64,000 bases of DNA from NCBI GenBank assembly GCA_963803775.1, contig CAWDNS010000004.1, forward strand, positions 80,023-144,022, in the 5' to 3' direction. Shown piece by piece: positions 46,701-56,207 of this stretch (position 1 is the stretch's first letter; every line of letters starts with the position of its first letter). The notes below the pieces were generated by a model. It was not told the origin of the DNA, made no database searches, and saw only the letters and a program-made list of their open reading frames with translations. Both the position numbers and the translations under genes were made by a program. This DNA comes from an uncultured Acidobacteriota bacterium (GTDB lineage: Bacteria; Acidobacteriota; Terriglobia; Terriglobales; Acidobacteriaceae).

Positions 46701-47606
46701 ATGGCTAGCCCCACTGTGCAGATGCAACTTACGGAACCCGAACTGAAGCTGCTGCAGACGCTCGTCTATCAGGAGTGCGGCATGCATTTTGATTCACGCC
46801 GCACCCATTTCCTGCAAGACCGATTGCAGCGCCGTCTCAAAGAATGCCATCTGGATTCGTTCTACAGCTACTACAGTCTTCTGATCAGCCGCGAGGGCAA
46901 GGAAGAACTCACCAAGCTGCTGGAAAACCTCACCGTCAACGAGACCAGCTTCTTTCGTAACAAGGCGCAGTTGGATTTGTTTCACAAGCACGTTCTCGAT
47001 CAGATGTTGCGCCGCAAGCAGGAGCGGCATGACTTCTCGCTGCGCCTGTGGAGCGCGGGATGTTCCACCGGACAGGAACCTTACACCATGGCCATGCTGG
47101 TGGCGGATGCAATCTCCTACCATGTTTTGCGCAATCCTTCAGGGAAGGAGCTGCCGGTGCCCAAACCTCTGGTCCCGCCTCCCTGGAAAGTGGAGATTTT
47201 GGCCAGCGACATCAGCTACTCCGTGTTGCGAGCGGGGCAGGAAGGCACCTACGGCGAACATCAGATGTCTTCGGTGGATTACAGCTACCGGCTACGCCAC
47301 TTCGACAAAGTCGGCGATCGCTACGCGGTGAAAAAGTCGCTGAAAGAGATGGTTCATTTCGACTTCCATAACTTAAAGACTGAATATCTGCCGCAGCGCT
47401 ACGACATTATTTTCTGCCGCAACGTGATGATGTATTTCGATGAAGCCGAACAAAAGCGGCTGATCGAAAAGTTCTGCCGCTGCCTGAATGCCGGTGGCTA
47501 TCTGTTTGTGGGGCACGCCGAGAGCCTGTTGGGTCTTACCGACAAGTTCAACATGGTTTATCGCGAAACCGGAACTGCGTACCAGAAGCTCGAGGTGGCC
47601 TTATGA
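46701..47606 (+). CDS. cheR: Chemotaxis protein methyltransferase CheR
   Basis: The N-terminal helical domain (TSFFRN) and the SAM-binding region (LRLWSAGCSTGQEPY, IFCRNVMMYFD) are present. Confidence 0.9.
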   Translation: MASPTVQMQLTEPELKLLQTLVYQECGMHFDSRRTHFLQDRLQRRLKECHLDSFYSYYSLLISREGKEELTKLLENLTVNETSFFRNKAQLDLFHKHVLDQMLRRKQERHDFSLRLWSAGCSTGQEPYTMAMLVADAISYHVLRNPSGKELPVPKPLVPPPWKVEILASDISYSVLRAGQEGTYGEHQMSSVDYSYRLRHFDKVGDRYAVKKSLKEMVHFDFHNLKTEYLPQRYDIIFCRNVMMYFDEAEQKRLIEKFCRCLNAGGYLFVGHAESLLGLTDKFNMVYRETGTAYQKLEVAL

Positions 47607-49798
47607 GCCGGGTCCCGGACGAGCGCGGCGCGGAACTGCGGGCGCTGTTCTTCGAAAGCTCCCAGGAATTGCTGCAAGCGCTGAACGAAGATGCGTTGAA
47701 ACTGGAGAAGCAGCCCGGTGACGGCGAAACCGTGCGCAGCATCCGGCGCATTGTGCATACGCTAAAGGGCGACGCGGCTGCGACTGGGTTTCAGGAGTTG
47801 AGCGAGGTGGCGCACAAGCTGGAGGATGCCCTCGCAGGGGAAACTACGGCAGCGCAAGATTCACTGGCCGAAATTGCCTTCCGAGCGGCCGACTTGTTCA
47901 GCGAGATGTTGAGCGCGTATCGCAACGAGACTAAGCTTCCCTCGGCTGCGCCACTACAGAAAATGATTCGCGAACTGGCCCGGGCACCCAAGCCACGAAG
48001 TTCTCGCGCCAAGAAAGACAAGCCGTCGGTCTCTGCACAAGCGGTGTGGACTGAATATGAAAAACTTGCTATGCAGCGCGCCGCTAACCAGGGCAAACTT
48101 CTGTATCACATTCGCGTACAGGTTGATCCTGCATGCGCCATGCCCATTGCGGCGCGGCAGTTAGTACTCAAGGCGCTGGCTGATGTCGGAGAAGTGCTGG
48201 GGTCGCGGCCAGATGCCGGCTCGATAGAAGCAGTCAAGCAGATCCAGGTGCTACTGGCGAGCGACAAGGCTGCCCAGCTTCTGTCTGCAAAGTGCCAAAT
48301 TCCTACCATCGTTTCAAAAGCGCAGGTTGAAGCCATTGAACTCCCCGCCCAAAAGACGACACCATCGGAAGCCGTCCTTTCCGGAACTTCAAGCGGAGGG
48401 ACACCGGAATCCGTGACTGAAGCGCAGGTGCATTCGGAAGCCGAGGGAACCGCGACTGCTTCTTCTCCTGACGATGAGATCGCCGGCCGAACGGCTTCCG
48501 CGCACGTGGACAACATCCTGCGGGTGGACGCCGAGCGCATCGACAACCTGCTCAATCTGGTGGGCGAACTGATCATCGGCAAGTCCATGTTGCAGCGGAC
48601 GCTGAATGAATTTGCCCGTCAGCATCCCAAGGATTCGACGCGCAGCCGTTTCGCGGATGCCATGGCGTTTCAGTCCCGGGTTCTGACCGATCTGCAACGT
48701 TCGGTGATGAAAGTCCGCATGGTTCCGGTAGAGCAACTGTTCCGGCGATTTCCCCGCATGGTGCGTGATGTCGCCAAACAGTGTGGCAAGGACGTGGAAC
48801 TGAAGCTAAGCGGACAAGACACAGACCTCGACAAGGGACTGCTCGATGGCATCGCCGAGCCGCTGACCCACCTGGTGAGGAATGCTGTCAGCCATGGCAT
48901 TGAGAGTGCGGAGGAACGCGCTCGCGTGGGCAAGCCTGCACAAGGAACTGTCCATCTGCGCGCTTATCACCAGGGCAATCAGGTGATGGTTGAGATCAGT
49001 GACGATGGCCGCGGCGTCGATGTACAAAAGGTGAAGGCGCGCGCTCTACAGCAGGGGTTGTGGAACGAGCAGGAGTCCGGCGCGCTCGACGAAACCACCG
49101 CGCTCAATCTCATATTCCGGCCCGGATTCAGCACCGCCGACCAAATCACAGAAGTCTCCGGGCGCGGGGTTGGGCTGGACGTGGTGCAGAGCATTCTGCA
49201 ACGGCTCAAGGGCACCGTCCAGATCGAAACCCGGCACGGACAAGGCACTATCTTCCGATTGTGTCTTCCGCTTACGCTGGCCATTATCAAAGCTCTGTTG
49301 TTCCGCGTGGAAGAACGTCTCTATGCGATTCCTTTGAACGCTGTGGCCGAGATCGCGCGAGTGCAGGAATCGGACTTGCATCAGGTGGATAATCGCGAGG
49401 TCTTGCAGTTGCGCAATCGCGCGCTGACCGTGATCCGTCTGGGAAACCGCACCACGGAGATATCCGAACATCACCCATCCGATCGTCGGCACGGCAAGAT
49501 TTTCGTGCTGGTCACCAACCTGGGGGAACGCAAGCTGGGGCTATTGGTAAACGAACTGGAGGGTGAAGAGGAACTGGTAATCAAGGCGCTGGACGATCAC
49601 ACCGTGGAGACCGATCTGGTCAGTGGCGCGTCCATCCTGGGCAATGGGCGCGTGGTATTGATCTTGAATCTGGCTGCGATCGTCGAGCGTTTCACCAAGT
49701 CGCGTCCTGGGACCGGGACTGGCCCGGCGATGGGACTGTTGCTGTCTCATGCCGAACGTGCGAAAGCTGCCCAAGCGAGTGCGGGAGGCCAGACATGA
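47603..49798 (+). CDS. cheA: Chemotaxis histidine kinase CheA
   Basis: The Hpt His lies in IVHTLKGDAAATGF. The kinase core has HLVRNAVSHGIE and GRGVGLDVV. A C-terminal CheW-like domain is present, and the gene has an ATGA overlap with cheR. Confidence 0.92.
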   Translation: MSRVPDERGAELRALFFESSQELLQALNEDALKLEKQPGDGETVRSIRRIVHTLKGDAAATGFQELSEVAHKLEDALAGETTAAQDSLAEIAFRAADLFSEMLSAYRNETKLPSAAPLQKMIRELARAPKPRSSRAKKDKPSVSAQAVWTEYEKLAMQRAANQGKLLYHIRVQVDPACAMPIAARQLVLKALADVGEVLGSRPDAGSIEAVKQIQVLLASDKAAQLLSAKCQIPTIVSKAQVEAIELPAQKTTPSEAVLSGTSSGGTPESVTEAQVHSEAEGTATASSPDDEIAGRTASAHVDNILRVDAERIDNLLNLVGELIIGKSMLQRTLNEFARQHPKDSTRSRFADAMAFQSRVLTDLQRSVMKVRMVPVEQLFRRFPRMVRDVAKQCGKDVELKLSGQDTDLDKGLLDGIAEPLTHLVRNAVSHGIESAEERARVGKPAQGTVHLRAYHQGNQVMVEISDDGRGVDVQKVKARALQQGLWNEQESGALDETTALNLIFRPGFSTADQITEVSGRGVGLDVVQSILQRLKGTVQIETRHGQGTIFRLCLPLTLAIIKALLFRVEERLYAIPLNAVAEIARVQESDLHQVDNREVLQLRNRALTVIRLGNRTTEISEHHPSDRRHGKIFVLVTNLGERKLGLLVNELEGEEELVIKALDDHTVETDLVSGASILGNGRVVLILNLAAIVERFTKSRPGTGTGPAMGLLLSHAERAKAAQASAGGQT

Positions 49799-50902
49799 GC
49801 GCACCCGTCCGCGTGCTTGTGGTCGATGATTCGGCTCTGATGCGCAAGCTGATTCCGCAGATTCTCGCCACTGACAGTTCGATTCAGGTGGTTGGCACAG
49901 CCATGGACGGTAACTTCGGTCTGAAGAAGATCGAAGAATTGAAGCCGCAGGTAATCACCCTCGATCTGGAAATGCCGGGCATGGGCGGTTTGGACATGCT
50001 AAAAGAAATCACCCGCAAACACCGCTTGCCGGTGATCGTGGTCAGCTCTCACAGCACCGAGGGAGCGTCGGTGACGCTCAAAGCGCTGTCCATGGGAGCT
50101 TTCGATTTTGTGGCGAAACCCAGCGACGTTTCCGCACGCATGCCGGAAATCGCCGACGAGCTTATCTCCAAGATTAAAGCTGCCGCACAGAGCCGGGGGC
50201 TAAGGGTGTCTCCGCCATCCCTGTCCGATCCCAGGCCGGTGGAAAAAGCGGCGCCCAACACCAAGCAACGTCCTACCCGAGTTGTCGCCATCGGCGTGTC
50301 GACCGGTGGTCCTCAGGCTTTGCAGTATCTGCTGCCGCAATTGCCCAAAGATTTCCCGGGCACGATTCTCATAGTGCAGCACATGCCGGAGGGTTTCACG
50401 GAAATGTTTTCCCGGCGGCTGGATGAAATCTGCTCCATCAAGGTGAAGGAAGCCCAGTCGGGCGATCTGCTTGTTGGCGGGCCGCGCCCTGGTATGTCCG
50501 GGCAGCCGCCATTTAAAAGTTAAGCGCATGCCGCTGGGCGATGTAGTCGTCCTGAGCGATGAGCCGCGAGTGAACGGCCATCGTCCGTCGGTGGATGTGC
50601 TATTCCGCAGTGTTGCCGAAGAATTTGGCAATAATAGTCTTGGTGTACTCATGACCGGCATGGGAGAAGACGGTGCGCAGGGCCTTGGCCAGTTGAAGGC
50701 CGCCGGAGCAATGACCATCGCGCAAAACGAGGAGTCCTGCGTGGTCTACGGAATGCCGAAGGCGGCAATAGAACGCGGCTATGCTGTCCGCGTGGTCAGC
50801 CTGGAAGCACTTGGCAATACCTTACAGGCGCAGTGCATGCCGGAGCGTAAGAACACCGAACCTGCGGACGGCGGACGGGCCGCTGGAGCGGGCAAGAGTT
50901 GA
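49795..50902 (+). pseudogene. cheB: Chemotaxis methylesterase CheB, interrupted by a +1 frameshift near 50468-50474
   Basis: The REC domain (VLVVDDSALMRK, DLEMPGMGG) and the esterase Ser/His (GVSTGGPQAL, IVQHMP) read in one frame to 50523. The rest (AGRALVCPGSRHLKV, GMGEDG, VVYGMPKAA) reads in the next frame, 50471-50902. Confidence 0.8.
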
Positions 50903-50956
50903 GTTGTAAGTTCCGGCGCGAAAGCTCTGGATCAATCAGCAGATGGAGGTTGTTAT

Positions 50957-51397
50957 ATGGAGCAATTTGTTCCAGTAAAACGCAGTAAGGACGGTCAGCC
51001 AGTCCGCTATCTGGTAGTGGATGATTCCGTCTTCGCCCGCAAGAACCTGGCCCGCATGATCGAGACTTTCGGGGGCCAGCTTTGCGGCGAAGCCGGGGAC
51101 GGTATGACCGCCATCACCGAATACGACCGAACCAATCCGGATATTGTGCTGATGGACATCACCATGCCGCAGATGGAAGGGATCGAGGCTGCCGAGAAAA
51201 TCGTGCAGAAACATCCCGATGCGCGCGTGGTCATGGTGTCGTCGGTGGGGTATCAGGAAAACATTGTGGCGGCCCTGCAGCGTGGCGCGCGCCATTTCGT
51301 GCAGAAGCCCGTCAAGCCCGAGGTTCTGTACGAAGTCATCAAGTACGTAATGGGAGATGACGGCACCGTGGCCAGCGCCGCGGGCGCGGGAGACTAA
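50957..51397 (+). CDS. cheY: CheY-like single-domain response regulator
   Basis: YLVVDDSVFARK, VLMDITMPQMEG, VVMVSS and VQKPV. Confidence 0.85.
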   Translation: MEQFVPVKRSKDGQPVRYLVVDDSVFARKNLARMIETFGGQLCGEAGDGMTAITEYDRTNPDIVLMDITMPQMEGIEAAEKIVQKHPDARVVMVSSVGYQENIVAALQRGARHFVQKPVKPEVLYEVIKYVMGDDGTVASAAGAGD

Positions 51398-51399
51398 CC

Positions 51400-51891
51400 A
51401 TGAAGATGGAATTGATCCAGCCTTTCATCAATGCGGCGGACGCCGTGCTGGCGCAGGGCTTGCAATGTTCCATGTCCATCGGCAACCTCAGCATGGAAGC
51501 AGAGGCTTACCGGCGGAAAGGAATCGCTGCACTGATCTGGGTTACCGGAGATATTGAAGGCAGAATCATTCTGGATCTTGACCCGGAGACCGCTGTGCGC
51601 GTGGCCAGCAAGTTCGCAGGCACAGTATTGCCGGAAACCGATGCATTAGTGCGGGAAACCGTTTTCGAACTTGCCAATCAGGTGATCGGCAACGCAGTGA
51701 CCGTGCTCAATAATGAGGGTTTTCACTTCCGCGTCCATCCCCCTGTGCTCCATACCTCGGAACATGGTCCCAAGAGCAGCGAGGACACCGAAGCGTTGGT
51801 GATTTGCTTTGAAACGGGCATCGGCGATGTCTTCATGAACATTGCGCTGCGTTATGGCCAGTCTCATCACTCGGCGGCGGTAGGACAGTAG
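51400..51891 (+). CDS. CheC/CheX-family CheY-P phosphatase-like protein
   Basis: The FELANQVIGNA motif (E-x2-N) and its position right after cheY are typical of CheX/CheC. Confidence 0.65.
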   Translation: MKMELIQPFINAADAVLAQGLQCSMSIGNLSMEAEAYRRKGIAALIWVTGDIEGRIILDLDPETAVRVASKFAGTVLPETDALVRETVFELANQVIGNAVTVLNNEGFHFRVHPPVLHTSEHGPKSSEDTEALVICFETGIGDVFMNIALRYGQSHHSAAVGQ

Positions 51892-51945
51892 GCGCAAGAA
51901 TTGTTGGTTGTCGACTTCGAGCAAAGCCGAGAATCAACAACTCTT

Positions 51946-53268
51946 CTATGGTCCTGCCAGAAGGAAAACCGGATTCTGCGGCGGAGGAGTTCCCCCCGGC
52001 CCTGGGGGTGGCTGGGCACTGAAAGGCGCTGTCATCTGCACCAGCAGGGTGTCGTTGGAAGTCTGAATGATCGAAGTATTCCCGGCGTCACAATTGGAAA
52101 GGTAAACCCTCGAACTATCCGCAGCTGCCGCAACTGACAGTTCCGCCCAGGTTTTCACCGTGCAAAACGTTGGAAGCGCCGGAACCGAGGTAAAGGGGAT
52201 GGTGGTCTTCACCGTGAAATCGGCGGCGTTGATCACTGTTACCTTTGAGGTCAGAACGCCACCGGCGGCTGCCCCGCTGGAAATATAAAACCGTGTTCCG
52301 TCGGCGAGTGCCGCTACTGACTTCGGATTGGCAATGGATATTGGGGTGGCCGGGAGAGTATCGGTGCTGGCATCGAGTGTAGTCACGGTATTGGCAGCCG
52401 GATTGACCACGTAAATCCGGTTCAGGTTGGGGTCGTACACCATGTAATTGGCACCCACGCCGACCGAGATGCTGCTGACCACCGAATCGGAAGATGTATC
52501 GATAGCTGCGACCAGACCGCTTCCCTGATCCAGTACATATATTCTTTGGCTGTCGGATCGAGCTACCACCCATACCGGCGAAACCCAGCCGAAACCCGCC
52601 AATGGAGGATTCGAGACCACACTCTTGTCCTCAGTGTTGATAACGGTCACCGAACCGCCGCTGCCATTTGTTCCCTGATTGGCCACATACACCTTCTGGG
52701 TGTCTGGTGTCTCGGCCAGGGCAGCCGGATTGGTTCCCACCGTTATGTTATTGGTGACTACGTCGCTTCCGGTGGAGATTGCCGAAACTGTATTGCTCTT
52801 CGAGTTCGCAATGTAAACCGTTGCGGTTTCTGTGCTGCCGACGAATACCGGCATTGAACAAGGCGGCGTACCGCAAGAAGACGGCAGGCTGATGGTGACG
52901 ACCGGCTGTGGACTGGCAGCGCTAAATGAGGAAACTGTGTCATCCAGACTATTTGCGACAAAGACCTGGGTACCAGCTATCAGCGCGGCGTGCACTGGTC
53001 CGAGGCCGGTTTGCGATTGCGATGTAGTAGAGTCTCCGGAGACATCAATGGTGGTACTGGCGCCTGGATTGTTGGTGCCATTGTCGCTGATCATCATGAC
53101 TATGTGTGCAAACGCGGGGTTGGGCTGATTGGGAATGACCGGATTAGCCACAGGGCGGTAGGTCTCTCCGCAACCGAGGCAAAGTAGAAAGAGAATCCCT
53201 ACCGTGAGGGCATGAGCCCCGCGGCGGGCCTTTGTCCTTGACACCAAGCACACTATCCGGTTCGACAT
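51946..53268 (-). CDS. YVTN-type beta-propeller repeat lipoprotein
   Basis: ATG 53268 gives the lipobox LFLLCLGCG. Repeats are of the type VYVANQGTN..VTVINT, IYVVNPAANTVTTLD and VYIANSKSNTVSAIS. Confidence 0.7.
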   Translation of the reverse strand: MSNRIVCLVSRTKARRGAHALTVGILFLLCLGCGETYRPVANPVIPNQPNPAFAHIVMMISDNGTNNPGASTTIDVSGDSTTSQSQTGLGPVHAALIAGTQVFVANSLDDTVSSFSAASPQPVVTISLPSSCGTPPCSMPVFVGSTETATVYIANSKSNTVSAISTGSDVVTNNITVGTNPAALAETPDTQKVYVANQGTNGSGGSVTVINTEDKSVVSNPPLAGFGWVSPVWVVARSDSQRIYVLDQGSGLVAAIDTSSDSVVSSISVGVGANYMVYDPNLNRIYVVNPAANTVTTLDASTDTLPATPISIANPKSVAALADGTRFYISSGAAAGGVLTSKVTVINAADFTVKTTIPFTSVPALPTFCTVKTWAELSVAAAADSSRVYLSNCDAGNTSIIQTSNDTLLVQMTAPFSAQPPPGPGGTPPPQNPVFLLAGP

Positions 53269-53474
53269 ATGATCTGTATCTATGATCCAGGAAGCAGAAT
53301 TGTCTATTCTACGGGTTGGATGCAATCTGTGCCACAGGACCGCCGTCAGCATTCAGCCTTCACCACTCAGCCCTTGGTCTTTGGGCCGAGGCATTAGGGA
53401 TTATGTAGGTGATGCAGCGAACGGTAGGTTAAGTTGCACCCAACGGCAGCGGGACTGAAGGCTGACGGCTGTTC

Positions 53475-54308
53475 CTACGCTCCTCCGCGGGATCTTTTTC
53501 CTCCAGCGGATTCTCGCGTGGCTGCGGACGGCTTTTTCTTGCCTTCCATCTCCGCCAGGCTTTGCTTCAGGGCCGACATCAAATCGACCACCGGGGCGAG
53601 CTTCTTGGGCTTCTCGACTTCGGCGATCTTTCCCCCTTCCAGTTTGGTCTGGATGAGGTTCTTCACATTGTCCTGGAAGGTGTCGTGATATTTTTCCGGG
53701 TCCCAATCAGCGGCGAGAGCCTCGATCAACTGGTGGGCGACTTTTACTTCCGCATCTTTCAATTCGACATCCGGCGCGCCGAAGCCTTCGACTTTGCGCA
53801 CTTCTTCCGCGTAGTACATGGTGTGCAACATCATTCCGCCTTCGTGCGGACGCAGGAAAACCGTGTATTCGCGATTGTGCATGGTGAGCTTGGCAATAGC
53901 CACGTACTCGCTTTCCTCGAGGGCTTTGGTGAGCAGAGCGTAAGGTCGGCGTCCGGCTTCTTCTGGGAGCATGTAATAAGAAGATTCGAAAAAGACGGGA
54001 TCGACTTCGTTTGATTTCACGAATTCCAAAATCTCCATGGTCTTGGCGGTTTTGGGCTCGATCTTCTTGATCTCGTCGGGCTCGATCACAACGTACTCAT
54101 CTTTGCGGTATTCGTAGCCCTTTACGATGTCGCTGCGTTCCACTACTTTGCCGTCCGCCAGGCAAACGTATTGTTGTTTCAGCCGGGAGAGGTCGTCGCG
54201 ATGTAGCATGTTGAAGGAAACGCCCGAGCTGCGCGCGCCGGAGAACAAGCGCACCGGCATGGAGATCAATCCAAAGGTAAGATATCCCGTCCAAACGGAG
54301 GCTGCCAT
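53475..54308 (-). CDS. ku: Ku protein (non-homologous end joining)
   Basis: VWTGYLTFGLISMPVRLFSGARS, the Ku core and a basic C-terminal tail. Confidence 0.9.
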   Translation of the reverse strand: MAASVWTGYLTFGLISMPVRLFSGARSSGVSFNMLHRDDLSRLKQQYVCLADGKVVERSDIVKGYEYRKDEYVVIEPDEIKKIEPKTAKTMEILEFVKSNEVDPVFFESSYYMLPEEAGRRPYALLTKALEESEYVAIAKLTMHNREYTVFLRPHEGGMMLHTMYYAEEVRKVEGFGAPDVELKDAEVKVAHQLIEALAADWDPEKYHDTFQDNVKNLIQTKLEGGKIAEVEKPKKLAPVVDLMSALKQSLAEMEGKKKPSAATRESAGGKRSRGGA

Positions 54309-54509
54309 GGTTCACCTTGTGAGTTTAGATGACGCCAGAGATGCTTTAATGACGTGAGTCTAAACTACATCCAACTCTTTGACGCAGAAAGGTCGCGCCG
54401 GTAACCCCAATGCAAAGTACGACGCCGTGGGGCGCGACAAAGCATAACACTAGGGCTAGTAGTATCTGATGTGGTTCGTCATATTCATCGGGACCGAGTT
54501 TAATCTCGC

Positions 54510-55253
54510 ATGCCAGAGTGGCGACACAACGCGTTGATTTTAGGCTACATACACACGATTCGCACTCTCGGGGCTGCGGTCTTGGTGACGCTTTCATTCA
54601 CCGGGTTGGCCCGATTAGTACGGGGTGTGAGCCTTTCCGGTGCTGCCGCCGGGGCCGTGATTTGCTTCGTGCTTCTTGCCAGCGCCGGCCCCGGAGCTTT
54701 CGCAGCCCTGGTTTCGGTCTTCATCTTGACTTGGATCAGCACTCGCCTCGGCTACGGCCGGAAACAAAGACTGGGCACCGCGCAGAACCGGGAAGGCCGC
54801 AGTGCATCTCAGGTGCTGGCAAATCTTTCGATAAGTGCCGCGTGTGCCGCAAGCTTCGCGATCACGGGAAACGCCGCCTTCCTTGTGGCGACTGCGGCCG
54901 CACTGTCGGAAGCCGCTGCTGATACCGTTTCCAGTGAACTCGGTCAGGCGGGATCGGCGAAGGCAAGACTGATCACCAGTTGGAAGGTAGTCCCGGCTGG
55001 GACCGATGGCGGGATCAGCATGGCAGGAACATTGGGCGGCATTGCCGCCGCAGTGTTGGTGACAATGGTGTGCGTTGGCGTCGGAATGTTTCCCCTCAGG
55101 CAGACTGCGGCCTCAGTGATGGCCGCGCTCTTCGGCATGATCGCCGACAGCTACCTGGGGGCAACGCTTGAGAAAAGAAAGCTCTTAAACAACAACGGAG
55201 TCAATTTTCTGGGCACTCTTGTCGCTGCGGCGGGTGCATTGTTGCTGACGTAA
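54510..55253 (+). CDS. DUF92 / TMEM19-like integral membrane protein
   Basis: Polytopic, with an AADTVSSELGQ motif typical of the TIGR00297 family. Confidence 0.65.
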   Translation: MPEWRHNALILGYIHTIRTLGAAVLVTLSFTGLARLVRGVSLSGAAAGAVICFVLLASAGPGAFAALVSVFILTWISTRLGYGRKQRLGTAQNREGRSASQVLANLSISAACAASFAITGNAAFLVATAAALSEAAADTVSSELGQAGSAKARLITSWKVVPAGTDGGISMAGTLGGIAAAVLVTMVCVGVGMFPLRQTAASVMAALFGMIADSYLGATLEKRKLLNNNGVNFLGTLVAAAGALLLT

Positions 55254-55322
55254 ACGATTCATAATTAAGCTTCTGGAGGCCATGTGGATGCATCTAATTT
55301 GAGAACATCGACTCTCAACCTG

Positions 55323-56111
55323 ATGAAGACTCGTACATTCTTTGTAGGCTGCATCCTGGCCGTGACCGTGCTGTTGTTTGCTCATCGCGGGCACGGCAAC
55401 GCCCAGCCCCTGGGATTTACTTCTGTCATCGATTTGACCCATGCGCTGAATGCGCAGGTTCCGACTTTCGAGGTCACCGACAAATCTCCGTATCAGGTGA
55501 AGACCCTCGCCACGGTGGCCAAAGACCATTACTTCCTGCGGGAGTTCTGTGTGCCGGAACACTTCGGAACGCATTTGGACGCTCCTGCCCATTTTGCTGA
55601 AGGCCTGTGGACCGTGGATCAGATTCCTCCGGAGCGGTTGGTATCGCCGCTGGTGGTAATCGATGCCATTGCCGAAGCGAAGGCAAACCCCGATTATCAG
55701 ATTGCGGTCGAAGACATCGCAGCATGGGAACGCATTCATGGCGAGATTCCACCCAACGCGGTCGTGATCGCCAATACGGGATGGAATGTCCGCTGGAATT
55801 CGGCTGCGGAGTATCGCAATGCCGACGCAAAGGGTGTAAAACACTTTCCCGGATATTCAAAAGATGCCGCGAAGTTCCTAGTGGAAGGGCGCAAGGTGAA
55901 TGGGCTGGGGATCGATACCCTCAGCATCGACTACGGCCCTTCAACTGACTTCCCTGTCCACCAATACACCATGGCGCATAGCATTTATCACTTGGAGAAT
56001 GTTGCCAATCTGGACCACGTTCCCGTGAGCGGCGCGATCGTCGTGGCGGCGCCTATCAAGTTGGAAGGCGGTTCCGGCGGACCGGTGCGGATTCTGGCCC
56101 TGGTGAAGTGA
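55323..56111 (+). CDS. Cyclase-family protein (kynurenine formamidase-like), secreted
   Basis: ATG 55323 gives the signal peptide MKTRTFFVGCILAVTVLLFA. The metal motif is HFGTHLDAPAHF. Confidence 0.75.
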   Translation: MKTRTFFVGCILAVTVLLFAHRGHGNAQPLGFTSVIDLTHALNAQVPTFEVTDKSPYQVKTLATVAKDHYFLREFCVPEHFGTHLDAPAHFAEGLWTVDQIPPERLVSPLVVIDAIAEAKANPDYQIAVEDIAAWERIHGEIPPNAVVIANTGWNVRWNSAAEYRNADAKGVKHFPGYSKDAAKFLVEGRKVNGLGIDTLSIDYGPSTDFPVHQYTMAHSIYHLENVANLDHVPVSGAIVVAAPIKLEGGSGGPVRILALVK

Positions 56112-56207
56112 TTTTGGTGTGCTGATGCAAGTTCTGCGGATTTCCTTGATTCGTGCACATCTCATTGATCGTTCAGCGCTGCAAATAGCTGTGAAACGGA
56201 GGCCATC

